Source: Selaginella moellendorffii
Taxonomy: Eukaryota; Plantae; Lycopodiophyta
Length of the DNA: 64,000 bases
Assembly: GCF_000143415.4 (NCBI RefSeq)
Contig: NW_003314272.1
Coordinates: forward strand, 2,567,728-2,631,727
Direction of reading: 5' to 3'
Positions 22,642 to 34,937 of this stretch are shown one piece after another. The position numbers and the translations under genes were made by a program. Below the pieces are notes generated by a model. The model was given only the letters and a program-made list of their open reading frames with translations, made no database searches and was not told the origin of the DNA. How positions within the stretch are numbered: the stretch's first letter is position 1; each line of letters opens with the position of its first letter.

Positions 22642-25480
22642 AAATTTTCTTTTCCACTGTTTGCAATCTAAATTAAACTTATATTATTCAATGGTCCTAG
22701 TCTAATTTTGTTGCCAAGGAGCCACACTCATTCAGACGTAATCTAAGAAGTTGGTTTTAACCAAAAATCCTTGGCTAGCTCCCCTTTAAGAGATTTGAGA
22801 ACATTGTGTCATTTGACACAAACTACTTTACGGTCCCAAAGAATTGTCCTTTTGTAGCTCTTCCATGTGTGTCTTTTGTTGCTTTTCGGAAAAGAGCAAG
22901 CTCTAGACTGACAAAGTGACTATGATCTTTCCAATTTTTTCAATGTCAACAATGCTGTTCTTGCCTAGGTTTTTCCAGTCTCCGAGTCTCATTTTCTAGG
23001 AGCTTATAGAAGCTAGAAGCTTAGCTTATAGAGCCTTATTTAGGTGAACTATTCTCATGAAGCATTGGTGTTTCATTTTCTCTCCTTATTGCACACAGAT
23101 GAGAAAAAAGCCTTATTCAGATGAACTATGCTCATGTGAGATCCTGGCCAACATCTTAGTCAACGTTCATCCCAGCAAATCTTCAAATACGAGAAGATTC
23201 TATAATTACCCTCCAAAATATATCACAAATTCAGAAGACTCAACCCCTCTGATACTAATGAAACTAACAATATAATTGGAGGCTAGATGTGAAGTAATAT
23301 GAACCTTTGGTCCAAGAAGCCTACAGGTGATCGTGAGGGGCAATCTATAAATCACTCAACAAGGCTTGCAAGGTGCTCTAGTTTATGTTCAACAAGGGCG
23401 TGTACCCAGATAAGGAGATGTTGCAGAGGAATCTGAGGATTCAGTAAAATTCAGTTGAAATTACGCAATGGAAAAATATGTGCCACCTGGAGTGGAATAT
23501 TTATGCCTATATATGGCAATGTTATATAATTTACAAAGTAAAATTATGTATCATCAAACTAGTGGATCGAGGGATTGCTAATCGGTAAGAATCTTTATTG
23601 CATTCTAGCAGCAGATTGGAGCAATCGCGTGGATTGGAGGGGGTTTCTTATCTATGCCGCAGCTCTGGTCTTCCATTCTCGTATCTACAAGAAATGTAGT
23701 AGGACTTTTCTTTCTTTTTCGTTTTCTTGGCTGAGATCCTTGAGTGTGTTCCCTGTGTAGTAAAATGGAGGGTTGCATGCTGTCGATTGCGATGTCTCAC
23801 TTTTTTGTTTTTCTTGCTCGTTCTTTGATGGAATAACTTGAAATGTTTTCAAGGCTGTTCTGGGTGGAACCATTGAAATGCCAACGATCATTCGAGTTGA
23901 AGGTAGGCTATACTTTTCAAGGACATGTGGTTTTGCGAGGTCAAGCCTGGTACTCAACCTGGTCTGATACTTGTGACGATTTGAGAGTTTAGTTTCAATC
24001 CTCTGTCTTCCACAGGTATCAAAGTCATGCAACGACACGCTAATGGTGATCAATTCGTACACTTCCGTTTACTTGCGAGTGTTCTCTGCGATTCTGTGTT
24101 GATCTTTTTTCTCATGATTCTCCAGAATGAGTGATAGGCAGCGGCAGAGATACATTTTTGTCCTCTTGGATCTCTTTTTTTTCTCCAGCTTTTCGTCACG
24201 CTTGCTTTGCTTGAGCCAACTTCCACGTCCATTACAAAACTGATATTTACTACGCGCATCAAAAGGTTGCATCCGATAGGAACTTGGAGCTTGACAGTAA
24301 CGCTAACACAAACTGGGGCATAGTCCACTTACAGACAACTCCATAGAAGTTGAGCCTTCTTCAAAGGTATCCAATCCTCGAGTTTCTTTGCAAGGAATTT
24401 TTTTCTTTCTCTTGGAAGTGTGCTAATTTTTTGCTTTTGTTTCAAAGCCTGAAAATCAAGGTAGAGCTTCCTAAGCATGCTGGAACAGTGTTCTGTTTGC
24501 AGCCGCTGAGGAGGCTCACGCAAAACCGAGAAGCAGCTTGCAAGTGCTGGCTAACGAGAAAGGTGTGTTTTCTATAGAAAAAATAATTGTCAGTGAGTTC
24601 TAAATCTTTGAAGTGGTGTCCAGGCGTATGTGCAGCAACTAGTGAAACCAACTTGATCGACAACAGGCACTCCTTTAAACTCATAGAATAATCTACTTTG
24701 GAGGCTCGTCCAGCGAGAGGAAACAACAACAAGACCAATGCTGCAAATTTTGGTCAGTCCAAACTTCTAAACTTCTGAAAGTTCATTTTGCTAGTTGCTT
24801 TGGCATTTGACATGGAGTACGCGTAGAGTAGCTCACTAATTTCCAGGGACACATTCAGTGAGCAGCCCATCCAGCAATGCAGCGGTGTAGTGATCTAGCT
24901 CGAGCAAGCAGCGTAGCAACTCAGCGGTGCAGCCACAAGCAAGCAGCGATCCAGCTCCATCCAGCAATGCAACAGTGCAGCCACGAGAACGCAGTGATCC
25001 AGCTCTAGCGGCCAATCCAGCTCCAGCTGAGATCAGCACTATCCCAGCACATTGCACAATTCCAACGCTTGTAATTGAGTGATAGTCTAGATTTCAACAT
25101 GGTTATAAATAAAATAAAATAATAATTGAGTTTCTCACAAATATTTCATTTGAAATTCATTGATAATGAATTTCAGTTTTTCTCTAGTGCACTCAACGGC
25201 CAGAGTGAGGTGATGTTTAAGCTTGGGGGATGTGTGAGGCCGGCAAGGACTCCAAGTTGAAGAACCCTCGCTCACCCGCCAACGGGAGGAGAAAACGAGA
25301 CTGCCGGGAGGCTTTGTCCGTGGCGTCTTGGGCATTGTCCAGACGATACACCGAAGGTGGTTTAGCGACTCTTTTTTATTGGAAGAGGTAGCTGTTAATG
25401 CTGTACAATCACACAGATTGTGTTTTCTCGACCATCTCTTTGTCTGCCGAGCGGAGATGGTTTCTTAAGGAGGATATAAT

Positions 25481-25630
25481 TCTAGTCGCTTGTTGCAAAT
25501 CAGAGCTCCACATTTCCAGTCGCTTGTAGCAGCTCTACATTTCTAGTCGGCTTTACATTTCTAGTCGCTTGTAGCAGCTCCACATTTCCAGTCTCTTGGA
25601 GCAGCTACATTTCCAGCCACTTGTAGCAAA
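25481..25630. repeat. Degenerate ~27-bp tandem minisatellite
   Basis: About five copies of ACATTTC(C/T)AGTCGCTTGTAGCAGCTC(C/T). Confidence 0.75.
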
Positions 25631-25879
25631 CCACAGCCCTACTGAAGAAAGCTCCATCGACGTGTTTGGAACCAGCCAGCTCTACATCCTGAATTACTGT
25701 TTCCTTGGTAAGCTCTTATGACTTCATCAATTCATATTTTTTGTTAGCTCTTGAACCTATACTGTTAGGCACACGATGGGTTTCTTACAGCATGCCTACA
25801 AGTCCAGTAAGTCTGGGTATTTTCTAGATGCTTCAATTCAATTGATCTAAAACATTGTCTTGCAGCCCTGTTTGCATCT

Positions 25880-26989
25880 ATGTTGCTTGCCGCATTTGCT
25901 ATCAACCTCGACTTTACTCTTGAGAGCGTACCCCGACTCTTCATAACATTCAGCAGTTACAAAGGTGATACTACGAAGCTCTTAGTAGTAGTGGATACGG
26001 GAAGTAGATTCACATGGGGCAAATCAGAGATGCTGGAGAAAGCATTGCTCTCTACATCATTCTCAGAAGAACAGTGTGACGATTTTGCAGCTGATTGGGA
26101 GGAATACAATTTAGACAAGGATAGGATTTGCAAGATTAATGTGACTTATGGAGCTGGCAATACAGGGATAATTGGTTCCATGGCTCAAGGATGGGACATA
26201 AGGATTGGGGATGGTGATGGAAATTTGTTATTGCCGTAAGGTTATCTTCTGAAAGCGACTCCATGGGGGAAATTACGTGTTATAGAAGGTGTTTTATCTC
26301 ACGGATTACACAGATCATCGTTCTTTACTCAGATAACTAAGATGAGCTATATTAAAGCGATGGAAATCTGTAGTATATATAACAGGACAACTAATTCTTT
26401 GAACGGAACCATGCGATATAGATCAATGTTACTTGATCCTTCATTTCAAACACTTCCAATCACTAGATTTATCCGGGGAAATCATTGGGGCGTTAGAATG
26501 GTGAATATATTCATAGAAGGCCATAAAGTAGAGTGCAACATAGATACTATATTTGATACAGGGAGCTCTTTTTCCAGATTAGGTGGGGATTGTTATCGAG
26601 ATGCCAAGAACATGTTTATTGCAAAAATTTCTTGGCCAATCTACAAAGCTCCAACAAATTATTTGATTTCCAACAACGATGAAGATTTGCAAAACAACCA
26701 ACTATGCTATGATTTGCAACAAGAGAACTTTTATCATTGGGCACAAGTGGGAGTACCAATTACTTTGCTGGAGTTTGAAGACTCAGCAATTATGACATTA
26801 TCACCAACAAGTATCTTCAAATTCTTGGTCCGTGCAGATAAAAGACTTGCATGTTATAGATTACTGAAAACCACACAAGACCAGCAATTTCAAGTATTGG
26901 GGAGCTATTCTATGCAACAACAAATAGTATCATACCATTATAAAAATGGTAAGCCCACTGTTGGGTTTAGATCAACAACGAGTTGTTGA
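25880..26989 (+). pseudogene. Divergent A1 (pepsin-like) aspartic protease with an in-frame stop at 26237-26239
   Basis: Two catalytic motifs, VVDTGSRFTW and IFDTGSSFSRL, flap VTYGAG, EGVLSHGL..SFFTQ and VLGSYSMQQQIVSY. Both ORFs are in the same frame, separated by one TAA. Confidence 0.75.
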
Positions 26990-27024
26990 AAAGAGTATAA
27001 TAAATGTTACGCCATTGTAAAGTC

Positions 27025-27411
27025 TTAACCTTGATCACTGATTTCCACCCTCCCATCTTTCACAAGGAAAGACATGTTCTCGATTGTTTGCGCAAAGAAA
27101 ACGAGGGCCTCGAACCGCACACGCTTGTCAGCCGGCAAAATCCTGAACATGGTTTCAATGTTTTTGTCTGTCTCAGTACTCATATATTCAACTGCTTCAG
27201 CCTGGAATGAAAAAATCAAAACTTGATTCACTGATATACTGGTAAAAGCCCAGGCTTCTCTCGTGTCCTTGGTGCAGGCTTCTTTCTCTGGTTTGGCACA
27301 ATGTCCATAGGCTTGACCCTGAAAAATGTGACGTTTCGTAAGACAAGACTTAATGGTGCTGAGCCCAGGAGTGTCACAGATGAACTCGGAGGCCTGGGAG
27401 CCGAGCTTCAT
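27025..27411 (-). pseudogene. NSE4 duplicate, 3' part (left of the gypsy insertion)
   Basis: MSTETDKNIETMFRIL..KRVRFEALV..FAQTIEN..SFLVKDGRVEIS is near-identical to 35380-35850 with small deletions. Confidence 0.9.
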
Positions 27412-30400
27412 TGTTAGGTGCCAACTTTGACCACGTGGTCAACGTCAGTCAAAAGGAGGCTCAAGGATATATTAAGGCATGTTAGAGTGAGGGATTTAAC
27501 TTACCCTAGAGCTCATAATGGAGTGGCAGCGCAGTGGAGCTTTTGAGGTAGTTTGGGGGTGGTTAGGTGGTAAGGAACTTCAAGAGGTGGCATAGCATAG
27601 TCTATGGTGATTAAATCTTTGTTTTTTTTTCGCCGGATCATACATTGGTATCAAAGGAGTTGGTTGCGATGGCCGACCAAGCTAAATGCTGGAATCCTAT
27701 TGTCGATGGTGGTGCCGACAATGGTGCCGACGAAGCTACGGAGATTTGGACCATTCAAGATGTGGTTCATGAGCTGCAAGCCCTTAAACAAAATTAGCAA
27801 GAGATGCAAGACAAAATGCATGGCATGATAGATACCATGCATGGGTGTGTTGAGGCACTCGAGGCTGGACGGGGTAGCGCTCCAATGTCTTGTTTGGCTA
27901 GCCAATGTGAAGAAGTTCTTGGCTGCTAAGGGAACTCTAGATGCAGAAGCTTTAGTGGCTATTCCAATGGTTTTGCGTGATGTGGGTTTTCGATGGTGGA
28001 ATTGGCTTGAGGAATCTCATGTTGCAGATAAGAAATCACCAATGTCTACCATGGATGAGTTTGAGGCTGCTTTCCATTTATGTTTTGCCCCTTATTACAA
28101 TGTGGAGAATGCTCGTACAGAACTTTGACATTTCTAGCAAGGGAAAATGACACTTGTGGGCTATATTGAGAAGCTTACTCGCTTGATTAGTCGTGTTCCA
28201 ACGAAGGATCCAGATCAGAACAAATCCTACTTCATTGACGGCTTACATAGTGAGAGCATGTGGCAACACTTACGTCACTCTTTGATGCGGCTTGTTGACT
28301 TGACAATGACAAGCAGAAGTTTTTTGTGAAGAATTGTAGACAGGGTTGTCATCATTGCGGCGAACTTGGATATTACAAGGCTGATTGTCCGCAGTTGAAG
28401 AACAAGCAGCAGGATAAAAAGAATGGCCAATCTTCTTCTCACGGTAAGTTAGATATTAAAAAGTTGCAAATTTTACAGCGTGAGGATGACGAGAACGACC
28501 ATTTTGGTCAGAGGAAGAGACTTTCGATTGTTGCTCGTCAGCTCAACTGTGTGTGGAACAAGATGGAGCTCGAAGATACGCATGAATCAACTTTAATGCT
28601 GGAGGGCATGTTCCGTGGCGATCCAGTGTAGATTTTACTGGATAGTAGGAGCGATGACAACTTTGTTTTGGCAAAGTTTGTTGTGGAGTATGGCCTAGTC
28701 ACACGCGGAATTCTTCCATACATAGTGGAAGGTGTAGCTACCTTTGCTCAGCATTTTGATGTTTGTGTCGAAAGGCTGGAAGTGTTGGTTGGCAAAACCA
28801 CACTTGTGGAGACTTTTTATTTCATGGATATCCATCGTGTGGATTTCATTCTTGGGATGCCATAGTTGGTGAAGGTGGATCCAGAGATAAAGTGGAGTAT
28901 TAAGCGTATCTCACTGGAATATGGTGGCGTTAAAGATGTGTGGTTTAGCGAGGGTGTTCAACCACCAATTGTTATGCTCTCTGCTACATCTTTGAAGCGT
29001 GCTTGTCGTAATGGAAAAACACTTTCAAGTTACTTGCTGTTTGTTCGTGACTTGGGGGCCCAAGGCATGTGTGGGGAAGAAGCAGCAGTACATGATATAC
29101 TTGATGAGTTTTTTGATGTTTTTCCATCTGAACTTCCTCATGGGTTGCCTCCGTTACAAGGTGTGGAGCCTGGGATTACATTGGAGCCAGGGACGAGGCC
29201 AATTTACCAGCGTCCATTTCAGTTAAGTTATGCGGAGGAGCAAGAAGTTCAACGATAAGTCAAGGAGTTACTTGAGTTTGGATTTATTCAGCCAAGTAAG
29301 TCCTTGTTTGATGCTCCGGTCTTGCTTGTGAAAAAGAAGGACGGTTCAATGCGAATATGTATTGACTACTGCACTTTGAACAAGAAGATAGTGAAGCATA
29401 AGATGCCGATGCCATGTGTGGATGATATCCTAGACAAGCTTGGTGAAGCACAAGTGTTTTACCAAGATTGATCTGAGGAGTGGATATCATCAGATTGCAA
29501 TGGATGATGCATCTATCTCCAAGACAGCATTCAACACAAGCTTTAGACATTTTGAGTTTACAGTTATGCTGTTTGGTTTGACAAATGCACCAGCCACATT
29601 TACTTAGTTGATGACGGAGGTATTTGGGCATTATCTTCATGAGTTTGTGGAGATCTTCTTGGACGATATTCTTGTTTTTAGCAAGAATATGGAGGAGCAT
29701 AAGGTGCATTTGCGCAAGGTTCTTTTGTTACTTCGAGATAGCAAGCTTTATGTGAAGAAGAGCAAATGTGAATTTGCAAAGTCGGAGGTGGAATATTTAG
29801 GCCATATTGTGACATCTAAGGGTGTCAAGACAGATCCAAGGAAGGTGGCTGTGGTGGAAAACTGACCTACACCGACTATAGTGGCTGAGTTGCGTAATTT
29901 TCTTGGTATGGCTAGTTACTACCGATGTTTCTAGCATAAGTTTGCTGAAGTGGTTATTTCTTTGACGCAGTTGTTACGCAAGAATGTGCCATTCGAGTGG
30001 AAGCAACCACAAGAGGAGAGTTTTGTGGCGCTGAAACGATTGTTGAGCGAGACTCCAGTGCTTCGCATTGTTAATCCATTGAAACCTTACGAGATGACAT
30101 GTGATGCAAGTGGTTATGCACTGAAAGGAGTTCTGATGCAAGAGGGACAACCTATTGCATATAAGAGTCGAACTTTGAATTTAACGGAGCAACGCTATTC
30201 CACATATGAGCAAGAGTTACTCTCTATTATTCATGCTTTGCAGACGTGGCAATAGTACCTTTATGGTGCAGTGTTTGTGGTGTTGACAAATCACAAACCA
30301 CTTGTGTATCTTTTCACACAAAAGGATTTGAACATTAGGCAAGCTCGTTAGATGGTTAAACTCATGGAGTTTAGGGAGTTTTCTATTGAGCATCGTTTGG

Positions 30401-31974
30401 GAAAATCAAATGTGGTGGTAGATGCTTTATCTTGTGTTTGTCATGTGACGACATTACAAATACAATTTTGTCATCATTTGAGTAAAGTGGTCAGCAAGTT
30501 TGGGCAGTTGGTTGAGCATGCTCAAGCACAGGATGCTGAGATGGCCTCTTTGCAAGACCAGATGGAAGCCCCTTTCTCATTGGTGGATGAGATTCTTTAC
30601 TACAATGGCTGTCTCTACTACAATGGCCGTGTATATTTGCCACGGGTGGATGTGTTAATTACTCAAGTTTTATTCCACTATCATGATCATCCAGAGACCG
30701 GTCATTTTGGGGGGAAGAAGACGTATGAGTTGATTAAGCGCAACTTTTATTGAAGGAATATGAAAGTTGATATCCTCAAGTATTGTAAATCATGTGAGCT
30801 TTGTCAATGGGTTAAAGTGCCACGGGAGAAGCCGGGGGGACTTTTGCAACCTTTACCTATTCCTCAGAGCCATTGGTGTAGTATCTCTATGGACTTCATC
30901 ACTTGTTTGCTACAAACACAGAGGCAAAAGGAGCAAATATGGGTCATAATGGATCGGTTGACAAAGTATATGTGGTTGTTGGCTCTTCGGAAGACTGTCA
31001 CTGCCTTAGACTTGGTTGTGATTTACTTGGAGAAGGTTTTTCCTGATTTTGGTTTGCTGGAGGACATCATTATGATTGAGATTCAAAGTTCACCAGTGGA
31101 TTTTGGAAAAGCTTTGCAAAGGTTATACAAGTGACTTTGAAACTCTCGAGTGGAGATCATTCTTAGATGGATGGGCAAACCAAGCATGTGAATCAGGTGG
31201 TGGAGGATATGTTATGTTGTAGCATTGGTCAAAGGCAAGGATAGTGGGATCTATATCTTCTGTTAGTGCAATTTATTTACAACAATAGCCAACATAGTGG
31301 AACCAAGTTAAGTTTTTACTTTGCCATGTTTAGAAGACATCCTCAAACAACAGTGGAGTTGGGATTGCATTTGAGTAAGGATGTTCAAGATAAGTTTGAT
31401 TCTGAGGCGACTGATCTAGCCACAAAACTTGATGAAATTCTGGTGGTGTGTAAATGGAATTTACAAGCAGCTCAGGATAGAGTGGAGAAGTTTGCCAATG
31501 AGCATCGCCAATTCTAGGAATATAAGGTGGGTAATCTCGTTTTTGTGCGAGTGATCTTTCTGTCAAGTGAGCAGCGGAACACCTTAGTGTTTTTACGGAT
31601 AGGGAAGAGTGATCGGTATTTTATGTCAGCCAATTGAAAGGTGTATTATCTTGGAGTGACGGGCCCAATGCCTCTTTAATGTATACGGCTATAGAAGATG
31701 GATCAGGAGCTTGAGCAAGGTTCCCTAGAAAGGGTGATCACCAGTACAACTTGTCCTTGGGACAAGGACTTTGTTGAGGGGGAAGGTGCGAACTTTGACC
31801 ACATGGTCAACATTGGTCAAAGGGAGGCTCAAGGATATATTAAAGCATGTTAGCTTAACCTACCTTGCGCAATGAAGTAGCTCGAGGGTGGTTGGGTGGT
31901 GAGGAATTTGAAGAGGTGGCATAGCATAGTCTAGGGTGACTAGATCTTTGTTTTTTTTTCGCCAGATCATAACA
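27412..31974 (+). mobile_element. Structurally complete but degenerate Ty3/gypsy LTR retrotransposon with 5-bp TSD TTCAT
   Basis: 5' LTR 27412..27644 (TG..CA), tRNA-iMet-type PBS TGGTATCAAAG at 27646, gag and CCHC (CHHCGELGYYKADC), PR (LLDSRSDDNF), RT ([19 protein letters not shown]), RNase H (CDASGYA), integrase (HDHPETGHFG, SISMDFIT). PPT near 31776, 3' LTR about 31784..31974, TSD at 27407-27411 and 31975-31979. Confidence 0.96.
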
Positions 31975-32185
31975 TTCATCCAATCAATACCACCACCGTC
32001 TTTGAATTTATGGATGGCCACTGAGCAAAAGTCTGGACCACCGTTTTGCTGCATGTCCTTCAATGCAAGCCAAAAGATCATGTATAGCTTCTAACGTGAG
32101 GAAAGAGGGATGAATCACCAGAACAATGAAAGTTCTTACCTTTGTTATAAAGACTATCCACACGCCCAATGAGCACACTGATCAT
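31975..32185 (-). pseudogene. NSE4 duplicate, 5' part (right of the gypsy insertion)
   Basis: VLIGRVDSLYNK and MQQNGGP-DFCSVAIHKFKDGGGIDWM match 35850-36145. Confidence 0.88.
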
Positions 32186-32630
32186 GGAAAGAGCCGTGGG
32201 GCCGCTTTGCAGATGCAGGCGTTGCTGAGGAGCGTTCTCCCTCCAGGAACTCCTGGCATCACCCATGCCCGTATATTCGGATTCTCTAGAATATTGTACT
32301 GATTCTTTGAGATATTCGGATTCTGATCCCCCAAATTCCCGCAGAAAAATAACTCCACAACGTCGCCATGCCATCTATTTGAGTATGCTTCCATAATTTC
32401 ATTGAACGTAGCAGAATCTCCGTTTTCACTCAAAAAATCAAAAGTAATCTTAGTCTTACGCAGATGCCAAAACGGGGCATATTTCCTAGGCATAGAATCA
32501 AAAGCTCTCGAGCGCTACGAAAATTTCCATGGCTTATACAAACATCAAGCATCAGCCCCCATGAAACATGTTAACAAAGGTCTTGTCCTTTGCAGGAATT
32601 CTTTTAAGTACCAACTCCATTGCGTAAGGA

Positions 32631-34388
32631 TTAAAGCAAATTTGGAGTTACATAATTTCTCTTTCTTTTTCTTTTGGACAAGAGAATTTTCACGACGCAC
32701 TGCTTGACATCGCGATCCAATGGGGTGGAACAAGTAGTGAAATCTTCCTCAACGTATTTCTGCCGGTCCTGGAAGATGAGCTCGTCCCCCAAATCTGGTA
32801 TGACGAAGACGAGCTTGTAACACCGCGGCGCCGGCAGGCCCCGCTCGCCGTGCCACCGATCAAACTCCTCGATCGCCTGAGCAACAGCGATGTGATGTAC
32901 TGGACGCTTGGAGCTCACAGTAAACACGAAGATCGAATCCGGAAGCTATCACAAAAGAAGAACTTTTATCAAGAACAAAATAAAAAGAAAAGAAATAACG
33001 AACCTTGAGATGATACGTCCAGGGGAAGAACAGACACTCTTCGTCACAAAACCACCATCGCTTCTCGGCAAGACAAGCTTCTCTTCCAAACCTTCGATGG
33101 TCTCGAGAGACTTGCACTGGAAAGCTCCACCCCGGGAGAGAACCTTGAGCGCGAACTTCTCGAAAATCTGCGACGCCAGTCCGTCAAAGAGCGTTCCTCT
33201 GCAATTAAAGAAATGTCCAAGGTAGCTCTCCACTCTCCTTCGTCGCCGCAGCTTCTCAAACGCCAGGCTCTGTATGAACACCGATCCAAGGACGAGCTGG
33301 AAGTTCTCGCAGGGAAGCTTCAAGCGCCCAAAGCTCCACCGTGGGAGCTTGTAGTGCACATGAATGCCGTCCTCGGCGCTCACGGGGGCCATCTCCCAGT
33401 CCGGATCACCCACAGCGCTTGCGGCAGCATCCATCACTCGGCGTCTCAAGCCATCGGTCGACTCATTCTTGCAGAGCACCAGGCTGGGCAGTCCTCCAGC
33501 GATCCCAAACCGCGCAGCCAGCTCCTCGTCGCTAAATCCCAGCTCCAGCGCCCGGTTACACGCGAGGAGCTCGCGCAGAGACCACGCCTCGAGGTGGCAG
33601 ATCTTGCCAAAGTCTTTGGCGAAGTTGTGGTATCCTGCCCGGTTTGGATTCGCGCACTGGAGCGTAGGACCTATGTGACCGACGTTCCTGGATGGTCCAT
33701 CCACGATCAACCACGCAGTTTCTCCGTCCCAGCCCTGTGGAACGTAGTAGCACGGCCCGGTCCAGACGAGAGGATCCTCGAGAGAGAAGTCGTAGAGAAA
33801 CCACTTATCGCGATCGTCATCGCCATCGCCACCATCGCGATCGAGGCGGTGGATAACTCGCGTCTTTCGCTGTGCGAGCTTGTAGAGCCAGTACAAGGCG
33901 AAGTAGCTCTTCCCAATCCCGGGAGTCCCAACGACATGGAAGCACCGCCAGCGGTCTTGTTCCAGCTCGCGCTCGATCAGCTCCTCCAAGAGGAGATAGT
34001 TTGGATGGATCCAAACGGGCGATGGCGCTCCTCGCAGCTCCAAGATCCCATTCTCCAGCTTTGCCGCCGCCAGATCCCTCGCAAACCTGCGCTGGGCGAC
34101 GTCGTCTTCACGGTGCATGATCATGAGGTAGACGTGCCTCCCTCTTTCCAGGATCCGTGCGTCCGCCCGGGTGTCCTGGATTTCCATCCATCCCTTGCGC
34201 TCTAGGGTGCAAACCATGACACTCGGGCGATGGCCCATAATCCTGCCCAGAACGTCGCGCAAAAGCATTCCATCCCTCGCCCGGAACGCTGCCGCGGTGG
34301 GATGCGAGATGGTCGCTTCGGGGCTGGGGTAAACACCTAGGCTCGGCGAAACATTGGCATACCACACTAGACACTCGCCATCGTCCAT
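32631..34388 (-). CDS. Crinkler/RHS (CR)-type protein: putative Ubl header + P-loop NTPase + degenerate restriction-endonuclease-like domain
   Basis: Walker A VVGTPGIGKSYFALYWL, Walker B WLIVDG, WSLRELL, RFGIAGGLPSLVL, then QIFEKFALKVLSRGGAFQCKSL. After an intron (about 32946..33003): PDSIFVFTVSSKRP and YKLVFVIP. The splice phase does not match the main ORF, so a frameshift near the 3' end is possible. Confidence 0.75.
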
Positions 34389-34499
34389 AGCAAGAACTTC
34401 TTGAATAAACCCTAAACCCAAGTATTTTCTTCGCCAACTAAGTTTCTCGTAGTTTTCTCGCGATCTTCTGGACAGATTTGCCGCGAAGAGCTCATGAAT

Positions 34500-34810
34500 G
34501 GAAGACACGTCTGTTCTAACGCAGCAAGGCTCGGCTCTCTCTCTCTCTCTCTCTCTCTCTCGCTCAGCAGATTGGAAACTTTCGAGGGATGTGTGTTTCG
34601 AAATGGATCGAATCGAGGGTCCATTGATTTTGCAAAACGCTTGGTTGAATCTTTCGGGGATGACTGCTTAGCGGGGTGCAGTCGTGGTCTATCTTCTTAG
34701 TTTTGAGAGTCTCAAGACGATGGGTAAGCTTGATCTACGCGTTTGGCTGGAAAGATGCATACTAGTCGCCTGTGACTTAGCTTTGCCAAAATGTGAAGTT
34801 GCCAAGTTAC
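34500..34810 (+). pseudogene. Highly compressed relics of FPN3 3' exons and the P450 3' end, containing a (CT)13 microsatellite
   Basis: CTAACGCAGCAAGG (as at 13072), ATTGGAA.CTTTCG.GGGATGTGTG (as at 13152), CCATTGATTTTGCAAAACGCTTG (as at 16957). 34751..34778 is identical to 19073..19100 over 28 bp. (CT)n spans 34535..34560. Confidence 0.8.
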
Positions 34811-34937
34811 CAAGTAATCGTCAAAAAGAAATTCTCACAAGGATAAAGAGCGCCGCGATCGAGCCACGGGCACTTACTCTCTCGTGGTTAAGACTTTACA
34901 AAATGGCTGTACAGGGTTGACAACTTGGCGTCGTTGA

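Noticed and set aside
23600-24760. Possible transposase remnant
   Set aside because: Fragmented ORFs with no recognisable catalytic motif or termini.
25481-25630. CRISPR-like array
   Set aside because: Units are contiguous degenerate repeats without unique spacers, in a eukaryotic context.
33213-34205. 330-aa plus-strand ORF, and similar long antisense ORFs over SufB, PDH and PyrP2
   Set aside because: Shadow ORFs of GC-rich coding sequence on the opposite strand, with no motifs.
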